Assembly (NCBI RefSeq): GCF_009914755.1
Contig: NC_060935.1
DNA from: the human T2T-CHM13v2.0 reference genome, Homo sapiens
Length of the DNA: 64,000 nucleotides
Strand: one strand, 5' to 3'
This document shows positions 14,641 to 30,990 of the stretch, one piece after another; position 1 is the stretch's first letter; each line of letters starts with the position of its first letter. Both the position numbers and the translations under genes were made by a program. Below the pieces are notes generated by a model. It ran no database searches and was not told the origin of the DNA. It saw nothing but the letters and a program-made list of their open reading frames with translations.

Positions 14641-16779
14641 TTAAGATGTTCTTCCAAGTATGGACTGTCCTCTGGGGTTATACAATGTCCAAATCTAGGA
14701 AGATCAAATTTCATAATAAGCAAGGCAGATCTATTTTCTACAGCAACGTAAGGGAGCGTTTGATCTCTGAAACCTGTTTGAGGGTTGCTGAGCCCTCAAA
14801 CAAAAAGAAGCTGATCCTGAAAAGAAGGAAACATTAAGAGTTAAGGAAACTTGGTTTTGGTTGCTGCTTTTGTTTTCTGAATACAACTGTACTGTATAGA
14901 CTGCTAATTCTGCCCTTAGTTTGTGGCAAATATTCAAGGATCCAATTCCTATCCTTTTCAAATTAGGTATCCTTGTGAACTGTAATTGCTCTTTCAACTG
15001 TCTTTTGAAGGATGCCAATGGTAATTATTGTAGCTTCCAAAGTTTGAAGCCCTGGAGTGACTCCTACATTTGAATGACTCATAATGATTGACAGATTTAG
15101 CTGGCTTTATACGGCTTAACAGTTAGTCACCCCTTCCTCTGTGTTTCTTCCTCCATTGACCTTGGATGGAATTTTGCTTAATTAGGAGAAAAGTTCATTC
15201 TATGATTACAACTCTGGGTATAGCCATTTGGCAAGAAAACCAAGCTACTTATGAGATACTACTCATATCGTTGATTGAGTTTAGTTTATCCCAGTGACAG
15301 TCAATCCCAGAAAGTGTTTTCGGGATCTTAAAAAATGGAAATATTAGCAATGATGACAGAAGGAAATACAAAAAAACAATAATCAACCTTAATCCCAGCA
15401 CCCCAAACCATCATTCTTACAAGTGCCTATAATGTTTGAGTCTACCTACATGCATACACATTTTATCAGTTGTAGTTTACATATTACTTTGCATTCTGAT
15501 TTTTTTTCACTTACAATTCTATTTCAAACATTAAGAAATTCAGTTTTAGAAAGCCATAACACTGGTGTTTCTCTGCAGTAGTCTGAAGAGGCATTTACTG
15601 CCTGAGGAATCCCAACAAATCATTTCAGGCTTCTGTCAATCTCCGATGACACCATTTAGGAAGAAGTAGAGGTTAAGAAATAAAAACTAATGAACCCTGC
15701 AAGGTAAGAAGACAACAGATTTGCCAAGTGCTGTTTTCTGACAAGGCCTCTAGAGAGGCTAGGATGAAAGCCACTCAAATTACTGAAAGCAATTTAAGAA
15801 ATTGGAGACCTTCAAGTATGGGAAAGGGAGATGTAAAGAATAGTGTGGTCTGGAAGAATCTGTTCTGTTTGCTCAAGAATATGTGGTAAAGATGGTTAGC
15901 AAAGTAGATTTGTATATTTCATAGAGTACCCTGTTGGTCTGGACAGAGGGAGACTGCTAGTCACATTGCATTTGAGGGGGAAGTGCAGATTTTGCATTGT
16001 ACATCTGAAAGTTTCTGTGACAGGGCCCTGTCTTATTACTGCCTAAATCAGCCATTTGTCCTTGTCCTGACCTTGCAAAAAAGGGTGTTTACATTGTCTG
16101 CAGCTGTCTGAGCCATAGTCTTTCTGAGACACTGTCATCCTTGTGAATGTGGCACTGCTGCCTGGAATAGTAACATAGCAGACACATGTGTGCATGCTTG
16201 TGTACATATGTAGTCTTCCTATCAGTTCAAGGGGAAAAAGGGGACAAACTTCCCACCTGTTCTCTTCTCTCATGCTGGAGTTTTTGCTTAGGATGTGACT
16301 CATGAGAAGAGGGAAGTCTAGGTTTACAATACAGCTGGTAGACAGAGGGGAAACCCCAGAAGATTTACTGCATTCTTTGTTTTGGTGACTGAGGCCACAG
16401 TAAACTGAAATTCAAATGTTGTCCTTATGATCAGTGGGTTAAAATGAGAGAGAAAGGGAAAGAGTAAGCCTCACCTTTCTTTGGTTAGCTTGTGTGTCCC
16501 TGGAACATCTTATTTTATTTGTTTACAGTAGGGTAAACAAATTTAAGCTGGCAAAAATCATCTGCAGCGTAAATTTCCAGAAAAATTGAAGGGTGATTTT
16601 CTCACAATTCCAGGCACCTGGAATATGCCACATTCTTCCCGTGTGTCCTTCCTATTTTTCATTCTCTGCTTCTTTTTCTAAAATACGGGCTCTCTAGGTG
16701 CCCTCCAAGGTTTCTTGCCATTCTAACATTTTATTACTTATGATTGGCCCTGCACAGTGAGGATGGTGACTTAGGTAGA

Positions 16780-17030
16780 AACTACTGAGAGAAGGGGAGG
16801 AGGAACTAAAATTCATTAAGGGCTTGCAGTGGGCTGAGCACCATGTTAAGCATGACGTCGATGTGATATTCTTTAATCCTTAACGATGGGATAAAACGTC
16901 TTTCTCTCATTTTTTAGATGAGAACATTAGCCAGAGATAAATAACTGTTCAATGTTTTCCAGCTATTTGGCTATATAATCAGGGAGGGAGCACAGCTTTC
17001 TTTGACTCCCAGATCCAACCCTTTTCTAAT
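16780..17030 (-). mobile_element. MIR
   Basis: attcattaagggctt...gcaccatgttaagca...tttaatcct...attttttagatgagaaca. Confidence 0.6.
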
Positions 17031-17577
17031 CTGGCTTTAGGAGTAACATGTTGCCCTGCGATGCAAACACATAGTTCTGTACCAGACCCTTACGCAGGAC
17101 CCTCCGATTTGAGGGAGAGGAACAGAAAGCAACATAGTGGTTATGAGAATGGGCTTTGGACTCATCATGTCATCTGCATAGACTTCAGAGAGAAGGGCTG
17201 AGAACAATCTTAAACAATACTAAAGATGTTATTACTAGTGAGAATCTCATAATCCCATCATCTGAAGGCAGTTGTTTTAATTATTGCATGCTTTACACAT
17301 ACATGATTACTTCATATATTTACAATTACAGTCTATATGACACTTGTTCTGCCATTTTTAAGATTAATATTATTTCATAAACACTTTGCAGGGTGCTTTA
17401 GTTATCCAACATTACCCAAGTTCTACCCCTCATTCCTTCTACTCTTCACACATGCGGAACATATGGCAAATAATAAAGCTACTTGAGACCAAATGACAGG
17501 TAGTTTTTGTAATACATTTCTTTTTGGAATAGGTTAAAAATGGTACATATTGATTCTATAAAAATTAAGACATTCAG

Positions 17578-17846
17578 GGTTTGAGCATGTTCTGACTAAT
17601 AAGTGGGAGCTAAACATTGAGTATACACAGACACAAAGACTGGCACAATAGATGCCGGGGCTGTAGAGAGGGGAAGGAAAGGAGAGAGGCAAGGTTTGAA
17701 AAAGTACCTATTGGGTACTATGTTCACTACTTGGGCAACGGATGATTGGAAGCCCAAACCTCAGCATCATGCAACATACCCATGGAACAAACCTGCACGT
17801 GTGCCTCCTGAATCTAAAACAAAATAAAAGTAAAAATAAAATAAAA
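17578..17846 (+). mobile_element. 5'-truncated primate L1 3' UTR (L1PA15/16 to L1PB type)
   Basis: gcatgttctgactaataagtgggagctaaac...cctattgggtactatg...acaaacctgcac, then an A-rich tail. TSD taagacattca at 17566-17576 and 17847-17857. Confidence 0.92.
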
Positions 17847-17877
17847 TAAGACATTCAAGATTTCAGTGATCTCTCCC

Positions 17878-17928
17878 TATATATAGACATAGATATGGAT
17901 GATATAGATATAGATAGAGATATAGATA
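17878..17928. repeat. (TAGATA)n-like simple repeat
   Basis: tatatagacatagatatggatgatatagatatagatagagatatagatat. Confidence 0.8.
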
Positions 17929-18515
17929 TTCTTTCTGAACAAGGCAGTTACAGTTGATTCACTTTGCAAGGAAGTGAACCCTTGAGTCATTGATCATATA
18001 GGTAAGGATAATGTCACATCTAAATTTCATTAATTTTATAAGAAATCTATACATTTTTATCTTTTTCATATATGAACCTATGTTATATATCCATAAAAAT
18101 TTGGAAAGCAAAGCCTTCAGTTAAAGCTGAATTCTAATAAGAAAAAATAACTGGCATATTATGTGGAAGGAAAAGCCAGGCACCATCATTTACTGTAACA
18201 AGTTTGCGGTATTAATTTGACAAGAGTATTTTGTGCAGATGAGAGGGAGACACTTTGATGTGTGCCATTGCCCTGACTGACCTAGGCCTGCAAGATAATC
18301 AGTTTCCACTCCAAAAGTTTATAATCTCAGGGCTGTTCTATTTATCCCCAGAGAATTAGCAGAATGAAGTTATCTAACGGCAGCAAGGTTGCATCCCACA
18401 GCTGCCCATAGGTTCACAGCCAAGATGAGCTACCCAGCAACCTCAGATCCTTAGAGTTTTGCCCTTGCCCTCGCTGGCTAAGGTCACTTGTTTTATAATA
18501 ATATTTATTGCAGAT

Positions 18516-18587
18516 TGGATCTGTCTGGTTTATTGTTCTGCAACAACCTTCTGGATCTGTCTGGTTTACTGTTCTGTAACAACCTTC
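18516..18587. repeat. 36-bp tandem duplication (2 copies, 2 mismatches)
   Basis: tggatctgtctggtttattgttctgcaacaaccttc / tggatctgtctggtttactgttctgtaacaaccttc. Confidence 0.95.
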
Positions 18588-19309
18588 CTAATCATTTTTC
18601 CTTTAACCATGTCGTCTGATGATCACAAATGGCCTCAGGATTAGACAGTAACTGGAGGGCTGAAAAGGTGAGTCAGCTACTGAGCTAGCCCTCTTCAGCC
18701 CCTGCAAGAAGCAGATGATAGGAGCCCAGGGGATCTGATCTAAACCTGTGCTCTTTTTGGGTGTGGATGCAGGACTTTTCTGGCAGGGAGCAGTATCTGT
18801 CGTGCACAGGACCTAGTCAGAGCCCTGCCCGACTTATCAGGGAAACAGCTGGCCTCCATTACAGCACTAATCAACCTAAACAGGCCCTGATTAAGGTGAA
18901 CCCTCAATGCCACAGATGGTTAATTCCTGGGCACTGCCCAGCACTTGACTCTGAAGTGCTGAGCTGTAGAAGAAACCTCTCTTTCCAGAAGCCACAGGCC
19001 CTAGCAAGCTGTTCCTAGACTGGTGATATGTACATGGATAAACTCAATGGACCTTGACTCCATCTCCTGCTCAGGAGAGCTTTGTCCTGAGCTTCTAAAT
19101 TTCTTCTCTCAGCCCTTAGCAAAGAATGATCAATGGTCTTCTCATTTCCATTTCTATCTGTTTTGGCCCCAAATGGCACGGTAACTGCTCCTCAAAAACA
19201 ATGATAAGATGAAGGGTGTCTGGCCCAGCCCAATATATCTTGTGAGAGAACTTCAGTGTCTCCGCAAACCACAGAGCCTTTGCCTAACACGATGTCATGA
19301 TGGAATGGA

Positions 19310-19520
19310 AGGGGCTTACGTTTACAATCAGATTGGATTCCACATTCCAGCTATTTCATGTAACATTTTGTGATATTAGACAAATCACATCACTTGACTG
19401 TTTCAAATTTCTAACCTACCAAAGAAAGCTAATAATACCCAATTTTCAGAGTAGTTGTTAATAATAAACAAGACCAATTACAGTGCCCGATATGTAGTAA
19501 GTTCCCAATGAATATTAGCT
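19310..19520 (+). mobile_element. MIR
   Basis: cagattggattcc...tgtgatattagacaaatcac...aataatacc...cagtgcccgatatgtagtaagt. Confidence 0.6.
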
Positions 19521-20166
19521 TGTTAATAAGCTAATATTAATTAGCTTATAATTACTTAATTATTAATAAGTTAATAAGCTAATAAGTTGTTAGCTGATGT
19601 AATAATTTATAAACCCCAGGCCTGTGTAGTATGCTTAATCCATGTTAATTATATTTACTAACGTTCATGATGTTACGCATCCTTTGTAATGATATTCATA
19701 TAAGAAAATGATGAAACCTCAAGAAGCGGCTGACTATGTAGTAACCTGAGAGAGAATAGAGGTACTTGTAGAAAACTGAGGGTGGAAAGACACAGTGTGG
19801 CCCACATTGGGCAGAAAGACCACTCTCCACTCTTTTGGATATACAAAGACTTAGGAATGTGCATCCCCTTAGCAGAGTGAATGTCAAAGCCTGGACCTTG
19901 GGAAAGGAAACGCCAAATAGTATACTCTGAAATTGACAAGAAAGCTGCCTATGCTCAGGGTAGTTTCAGCTAAAAGCCAGAAGAAATGTGCATTGATTGC
20001 CAAATAGCAGTAGCATGTTAATTTCCAGATACCAAAATGAAGTCTACAGATGTGGATCAGGACAGGAAAATGGATGTCAAGATAGATAGAAAACATGTAA
20101 TCATAATTAGCAGAAATAATTAAAGAAAGGAGTGGAAATAAAGTGTGTTTGGGAAGATTTGTTATG

Positions 20167-21225
<1,059 letters not shown>

Positions 21226-21259
21226 TATTTTCAAGAGTGATTTCTTCCATATGGCTGAT

Positions 21260-21440
21260 GCTTTACAGATTGTGAAACACTTTTACCCATAGTAGTTATA
21301 TCATCATATTAATCATGTGATGGACAGATATTTTTCTTCTCCTTTCCTATAGATGAGGAAACTGAGATCCTAAGTGTCCATCTGGTTAGCCCAAGGTAAC
21401 ACAGAGGGCAAAAAGGAGGGTCAGGGCTGGTCTAGGTTTA
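21260..21440 (-). mobile_element. MIR
   Basis: tatagatgaggaaactgag...gcccaaggtaacacag. Confidence 0.75.
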
Positions 21441-22542
21441 TAAGTTTGAAAACTAATCTTTTATTAAATGTGAAGAGTTGTTCTTTAAGCTGTATTTTTT
21501 ACTAATATCACCTCTTTACATTTTGGAATCCCTGAAATTCTCCATTGACGGAACACGTGTAGATAAGATTATATTCATGTCTTTAATTGGCTACACACAG
21601 ATGTACCAGTAAGAGGGAATAAACTATAGAAAAGCACTTTATAAATATTAACTCTTACTGTGTATGAGTAATAGCTAACTTTACAATATCATGTTATTAT
21701 ACAACCACAAGTCATTTGACAATTAGGGTAAGAAAAAAAAAAACAGGAAAGAAAGAAACAAAGAAGAGTACTATGGCCTATTTTTCTGCGATTATATTTC
21801 AGCCTAGAGTAGAAAGCACTTGAAAGGCCATGTGGCTGGCAGATGCTTTTATAGGGGAATTTAGGATTCACTGGTGAAATCAGGAATAGCGACCTATGCA
21901 ATAAATAAATCCTTACCTTGGCCAGTGATGTGAATGACAGCAGGACCCCATCCTGCAGAAGAATAGGGCCCTGATCTAGGGGCTTCAGTTCCCAGCTGTA
22001 TTCCATGACTTGATATTCATGATACTAATTGGTCTATCAAAAACTAACATTGCATTTGAACTTTTTTTCAGTTTCCTATTTCTATCTCCTTCACCTTTGT
22101 ACCACCAGCACATTGCTAATGCTGTATTAACCGTCATAAGTTTCTCTCTCTCTCTCACTCACTCTTGCATTTCATGACATGTCTGTTCTTCGATAAAGGC
22201 TTCCATGCTTTCCCTATGCCCGTGTATTTTTCCTTCCACTGAACTCATGGAATATCCTGTCTATATCAAGCTTATGCCATCCATAACTTTTTATCTTGTA
22301 CATATGAATGTATTTACTATTCCTTTACTAAACTTCAGATACGTGAGCAAAGAAAACATAAGTCTGATTTAGTTCTGCATCCCTCTCATGCCTAGAACAG
22401 TCACCAGGAAGAGAGGTCCCAATAAGTAGTCATATAACCGCATCTAGAGATGGCATATTTATTTAATCCAAGTCAACACTAATGAATCAAATACCTACTA
22501 TAAGCGTGCTGCGGTAGGTAGGTGAATATGAGTTCTTTTTAG

Positions 22543-23208
<666 letters not shown>

Positions 23209-23909
23209 CTCTTCAAGGCATTTTGAGAAATTGTGGAAGCAGTGGTGTCTCCACTATGCAGATCATTGAGGATTTTTAGGTTGGGCCGTAGAGAACATTC
23301 TGGACACTGGAAGACACTTTTTTCATTCTCAAGCTAAGACTGCAGGGAAATGTAAATAAACCTTGTTTATTCTTTATGCTCCAAACTCATTAACTCTAGT
23401 TTAAGTTTTCTGCTAATTGTTTTGGTTGAGAAGCAGTATTTTGCTGTTTATCCTTGTGTATCCAGCTAATGCTGAGTTTACAGGTTTGAAGGGGAAGTCA
23501 CTTCAACACCTCCTTCCTTTCTTCACAGTGAAATATTTTCTCAAGGCGAGGTTTCTGTGTTTATAGTCTTTCTTTGCTACTGTTTAAACCATTTTCTATA
23601 GCATTCCCATTAATTGCTTTACTTTGTCTCTTCCACATCTAATGTCATTTACACTTGACCTCATTAATTAATACCTATCCTGCTTGGTATTTACAACATT
23701 GATTTCCAGTTACATAGAACAAAAATGGGAAACACACTTTAGAAGGTGGTTCAGGACTCCTCTTCAAAGCATAATAGAGCAGAGGCCTGGCTAGGCTTTT
23801 AGTTTCTTTTTCACTTTCCTTTACTGAATTTATCTGAACTCAAAACTAACCATGTCTAATAGGGCTTCATAATAAAGTTGGAGCCCAGGTCATATCTATA
23901 CTAATTATA

Positions 23910-24140
23910 AAAATTAACATTGGTAAAGACTTTTACAGTTCACAAAGTTCTTCCACATATGTTATCTTGCTTCATATAACAATATATCAAGAGGATATTA
24001 TTATAACTATATTACAGTTGAGAAAGCTGAGATTCAGAAAAATTAAATGGCCTACTCAGGTTCATATAATCAGCAAGCTGTAGAACCTGGATTTGAGTCC
24101 AGATTTTATCTCAAAAGTCATATTCTTTAATCTATATGAC
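23910..24140 (-). mobile_element. MIR
   Basis: ttacagttgagaaagctgagattcaga...ggatttgagtccag. Confidence 0.7.
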
Positions 24141-24289
24141 TCTGCATCCTTATGAAAGTAGACTGTAGACTATGTGTAGCAATTCTGTGTTGCCACTGAA
24201 TATCCAGCAAGTACTAAAATCTACCAGTAAACAGGGCCCCTAAGCAGACTCGAGTTTGTGTCTTCGTGGTTAATATGTGACAGAGGAAG

Positions 24290-25560
24290 CTTCACAAATC
24301 AATGATGAGGGGTCAATTGTTCAGTAAATGGTTCTGGGAAAATAGGCTAAGTTTATGAGGAAAAAGAAATCAATTTAGATCCTCATATAAAACTAAACAT
24401 CAAAATAAAATCTAAAATCTAGATGAATTAAAGATTCCCATTAAAAAAGAAATAAATTGGAAGAAAATATAAATGAATAATTGTCCCATCCTTGATAAGG
24501 CAAACTGTTCATGTTTAAAACTAATGGGAGATATCTCTAAGGAAGCAAACGATATAATTGACTGGATAAAATTTTAAACTTTTTTATGTCAAAACATAAA
24601 TAACAAATAATAAAAAAAGTGAAAACATTTGCAACATATATGGCAGAAAAGGCTCAATATCCTTAATATATGAAAAGTTTATGTCAATCAATGAGAAAGT
24701 AATTAGAACAGTTTAATAAGAAAAAATAAAAGAGAAATATAAGTATGGAAAATGTGTTCAACTAGCAATAAAAAATATGAAATCACAGCAAGAAGTTTCT
24801 CTCAAAAATTATATATGTGATGTGTGTGAAGGTCCAGTGAGATAATGAAATATTCCCATTCACATGAAAGACATAAATTGATATGGCCTTTGAAAATGTA
24901 TTTGAGCAGTTTATTTAGGTTTAAAGAATAGTAAAAATATTCCTGTCTTTCAACCTTATAATACTGCTTGTAAGAATTTATTCTAAAAATAATTAGAGAT
25001 GTGAACAAAAATGTAAAGTACCAATTACAATCCTGTTTAAGAAGTTACATTAGAAGAGGAACCCTGACTGTCAAAGCCATTATTTTATTCCAACTAACAA
25101 GAACAGGACCTTGAACTGTAGGTAAGAGCTTCAAAACATTGGTTGAATCATGGAACTAATGATTTTCTACAACCTATTGCATAATAGTTAAGGAATTATT
25201 AATTAAATTGTAGTATATTCATATAATTAAATATACTCACTAAAATCATCATTTAAAAAATATAAATTAAAAATGCTATTGATGTAACAGTTTTGAGAGA
25301 ACAGGATACAAAATCATACATGCGATATAATACATGCAAATATATATCCAAATACACATACACACAGAGAGAACAGAAAATACCAGATGGAAATATGATA
25401 AAGTGCTAACAGTGGTTATTTCTTAGAGTTGGAGTTGTAGATAATTATAATTTTCTTAATAGTATTGTTCTGTATTTCTCGCATTTAATTAAAAAGAACA
25501 CATGAAACAATCTGAAAAGATTCAAGCTAAAAAGTAGGAGATTATTTCTAGGTGGTGAGA
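24290..25560 (+). mobile_element. Old L1M (L1ME-like) fragments, ORF2 end and 3' UTR
   Basis: A-rich, with ttcagtaaatggttctgggaaaa, aaattttaaactttt and aaagtgctaacagtggttattt. Boundaries approximate. Confidence 0.6.
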
Positions 25561-25578
25561 CGTTTTCAATTTTTGTAA

Positions 25579-25761
<183 letters not shown>

Positions 25762-25899
25762 TAATCAGAAAAAAATGTTAGTTTTAAAAGAAAGAGATCA
25801 CCAGTCAATATCATGAAAAGGCCATCCATAAAACTTGTTCAGACTGCATCTCACAGAGTCAAGATTAGAGATAGATGTGTAGCAAGGTGAGACCCTGAT

Positions 25900-26340
25900 C
25901 AATCAATTGCATTGATGGTCCTGATTCTTCACACTTCCCTATGTCCATTGCCCTTTCTGGGTAACTTTTAGTGCCTTCACTCACTAATTCCAAGCTTGTC
26001 TATATGATTTGCCATGACCAACAGACTTAGCAAATATGACTTAAACAGAGCTTGACATGAGCTTGCACCTTGGGCTCAGTTCTTACCCACTGACACTGCC
26101 ATGAGAACATATTCCTTCTTTCCTGCTGGAAGAAGAAAGATACATGGCTAAGTCATCACTCACTTTAGCTCAATGATAGCCCACTGCCAGATGTGAGAGT
26201 GAATTCAGCTAAGGCCAGAATACCCAGCTAGTCCAGGCTACACCACTGGTCCACAGACATGTGAGCTAAATAAATGTTTAATGTTACGATGTCTTGAGTC
26301 ATAGGGTGATTTGTTATACAGTACTATTGTGACAAACATG
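25900..26340 (+). mobile_element. MLT1-type MaLR LTR (MLT1H/I-like)
   Basis: gatggtcctgattcttcac...ccatgagaac...cacagacatgtgagctaaataaatg...gatttgttatacag. Confidence 0.65.
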
Positions 26341-27039
26341 TTTGAGTCACAGGGATATAATGACTCTTTGTTGGTTAGAAAGGTCACAATAAAATTATGC
26401 TTCAGTGCAAGGATGTTTAGGCCTCGTTGAAGTCTGCATGAAACGTTTTTCTTGACAATCGACTTCCCATTGTTCAAATTCTTGTCAGTCAACTCATAGC
26501 CCACAGTTCATAGATTCTTGGAGGAAAACATGCCTCAGTAAAATGCTTGAACACTGTTTCCTGGAAACATTTTCACGCCAATCTCCATCAATATTAATAA
26601 ACTAAACTGGCATTCAGATAATTTATATATCTATTGTGTTTAGTTAGTCTTAAAATATCTCTGTGGTTCCAGTAAAATTGGGGCAATGACAAGCTATACT
26701 TTCTGAAACTAGGGAGTTGAGACTAGACCCTGAAATCTGGGCAGTGTACCAGGATACTGGCATTGTATGAGGCTTCACAGCAAAGCAAAAACTAATTTTT
26801 GCCTGGCTGTTGCTATAATCTTTCCACAATTCTTTAACCTTCAATAGCAAACATTAAACCAAGTTCATGAATCAGAGGAGAGCAAAAATTTAAAGGTAGG
26901 AATCCACTACTTATGAACCCATTAAACATCAGCAAGTTTCTATTCCAATACTGTTTCAGAGGAGAAGGACTTAGTCTGAGGGCCACACCAGAGCTGATGT
27001 CATCATCTATTTGAATGATATGAGTAATGATAAAAACCA

Positions 27040-27270
27040 CCATTTACTGTTTGCCTAACTAGTATCAATACTGTGCTCTTCTCTTTACACACATGGTATC
27101 ATAACCCTTTCAAGTAAGAACTATTTCCTCCATTTTACAGAAAATACAGAACAAGTGCATTAGCTGAGGTTTAGAAAGGTTAGAAAACCAGAGCACAAGC
27201 TGGTCCGTGGCAGAGACAGGGTTCACAGCCATGTCTATGCAACTCTCAAGTCCATCCCTAAATGCCCAGA
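27040..27270 (-). mobile_element. MIR
   Basis: ccatttactg...tccattttacag...ctgaggtttaga...tggcagagacagggttc. Confidence 0.65.
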
Positions 27271-27975
27271 TCATTCAGCTTCCCATGTGGCTACCCTGGA
27301 GTAAGCAGACATGCTGGTTTCCTCTTATCTTGGAAGTTACATTTACCCTTGTAAATCACCAGATTGGCATTCTGGTTTTAGAATAAAATTTAGTTTCTGA
27401 TTAGCCCAGCTGTCTCCTCCAGGGTCTCTTTCATTTGATACACAATGAGGACTTTTATACTTGCTTTTCATACATATCCAATAATCTTAAAACACTCCAA
27501 AATTATAAATTCTCACCTAGCAATCTGTAGTCACTTTAATATGAGGACTTAAAGGACAATGGATTTTCTTTGTGTGCCACTTAACATACAGTACTTTCTG
27601 ATTCTGTGAGTATAATATGATAATTACAGATGCACACAATTTAATGTTTACCATGCGTTCTTGGTCTCATGAGTGTAAATACAAGAAATATGATCCCTAT
27701 ATAGCTAATAATCCTTATTTTGCATCAGAGTAAACCCCAGTCTGCCCCCACTCAGTTCCCTCCTCTCTTCTTCACCCTTCCCGTTCCCCAGCTTGGGTCA
27801 GCCTTTTGGCCAAAGGGAATCCCAATGCAGTGCCTTGCCCTGGAGAGCACCTCCTCATCTCTTGTCTGCTGTGCCCTGGACACAATGAACTGTCTTTTGG
27901 AAAGATTTCAGTAAGATAATCACATTAAGATGATATTAATTTACAGCAGCTTACAATCTCACTCACTCTGGATTA

Positions 27976-29512
<1,537 letters not shown>

Positions 29513-30849
29513 TATGTGTGTTTTAATAGAGGCAGTGATAAACCTAAAAAGGAACTCTAGCAGTAGAAATCTTAGCATTAAGTGAAAACTTGTGAGGTGA
29601 AATACTTTTTAGAATTCATCTTTTCCCGTGTCTTTCAGGTCACTTTGTATAGGTCCTATTTCTCTCAGAGACACCGCATTTTCTTATACCATTAGTGGTG
29701 GTTCATATGAAGGCTACAAAAAAGTCAGACTTCCCCCAAATCATGAGAAAGCCAAACTTGATACTCATAACTTTAGATTGCATTCTGTTGTTTTCCTTTA
29801 AATTCTGTTTCTGGCACCAACGTTTTGATCTAAGTCAAGAAAGGTCTATGCTTGCCTACTTTAAGATATTTAGAGGAAAATAAGATTTGTTTCATTCATT
29901 ATGATAAGAATAACACCAATTTAAGTGAACAAGAAACACTGTGTCTACACATGCTCACTTCTCTATCTCCACATCTGAAACCTGTTAGATATATAAATAG
30001 GTAGCTATTTGCTGAATGAGTGCATGCATGTATATTTGCACACATACACATATTACATACACACACTTGCTACACATACAGACACAACATACACATTCAA
30101 TACACAGATATAGACAGGCATATACACTTAACATGAAAACAAAATTATTTCCTGATACTTAGTAGGGAGATATGTAAGTGCCTTGCCACTTAATATATTT
30201 TGCCTTTCTGAAAGATCTCAGCATGGGGACAAAATTGTGCCAATTCCTTTTCCTTCTTTACAAAATATTAAATCTGATTAATTGGACGCCTGATCAATTT
30301 CCTTAGGAAACTTTAACTTAATCCCCTAAATATTGGCACTAGTTGTTATTTCACAATCCTAAATCTTGAGGAGATCTTGGTGGCCCAAATGCCTCCCTGA
30401 GAAACGAGGTCTGGACTAGACCTGGTTTTACTAGGTTTCTCTTTGCTAAAGGATCCGATCCACCCAGTCTATAACCTTCTTTCCCAAGAGCCTTAGGTCA
30501 TTCAGGTACAGAACTCAACTATCTGCAATTCCAGATTTAGAGGTATTCCTGGAATTAGGACAATAGGAAAGAGGTTGGAAAAGGAAGAGAGTTAAATACA
30601 ATCCAAATTCCCTTTTACATCTACCCAGTGATGTTTTCATCTCATTTCAGTATTAGAAATTTAAATCAGTACCAAACCCTCAAACTTGAATTATTACATT
30701 CCTCAGAAGAGCTCCAACGCAGACACACCATAGGAGATAATAGAATTTCATGAATTTGTCATTCTTTATATAAATCTCTCCAGCAAGTATCTTACTTACA
30801 AACACCATGCTAGTTGAAATGGAAGAAAATATTATTTTATTTATTCTCC

Positions 30850-30990
30850 TTTCAACAGAAGTTTATTGAGCACTTAATATATGCCAAACACTGTTTTGGA
30901 TTCTATGAATAAGGCAGTAACAAAAGTGTTTTTTAAAATCCCATTAACATTTAGCTTACAGAAAATGAACAAAGAAAAATAAATAATAAG
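30850..30990 (-). mobile_element. L2 3' end
   Basis: ttcaacagaagtttattgagcacttaatatatgccaaacactgttttgg. Confidence 0.7.

Noticed and set aside
18516-18587. 36-bp repeats resembling CRISPR repeat length
   Set aside because: Only two adjacent copies with no spacer, in primate DNA without cas genes.
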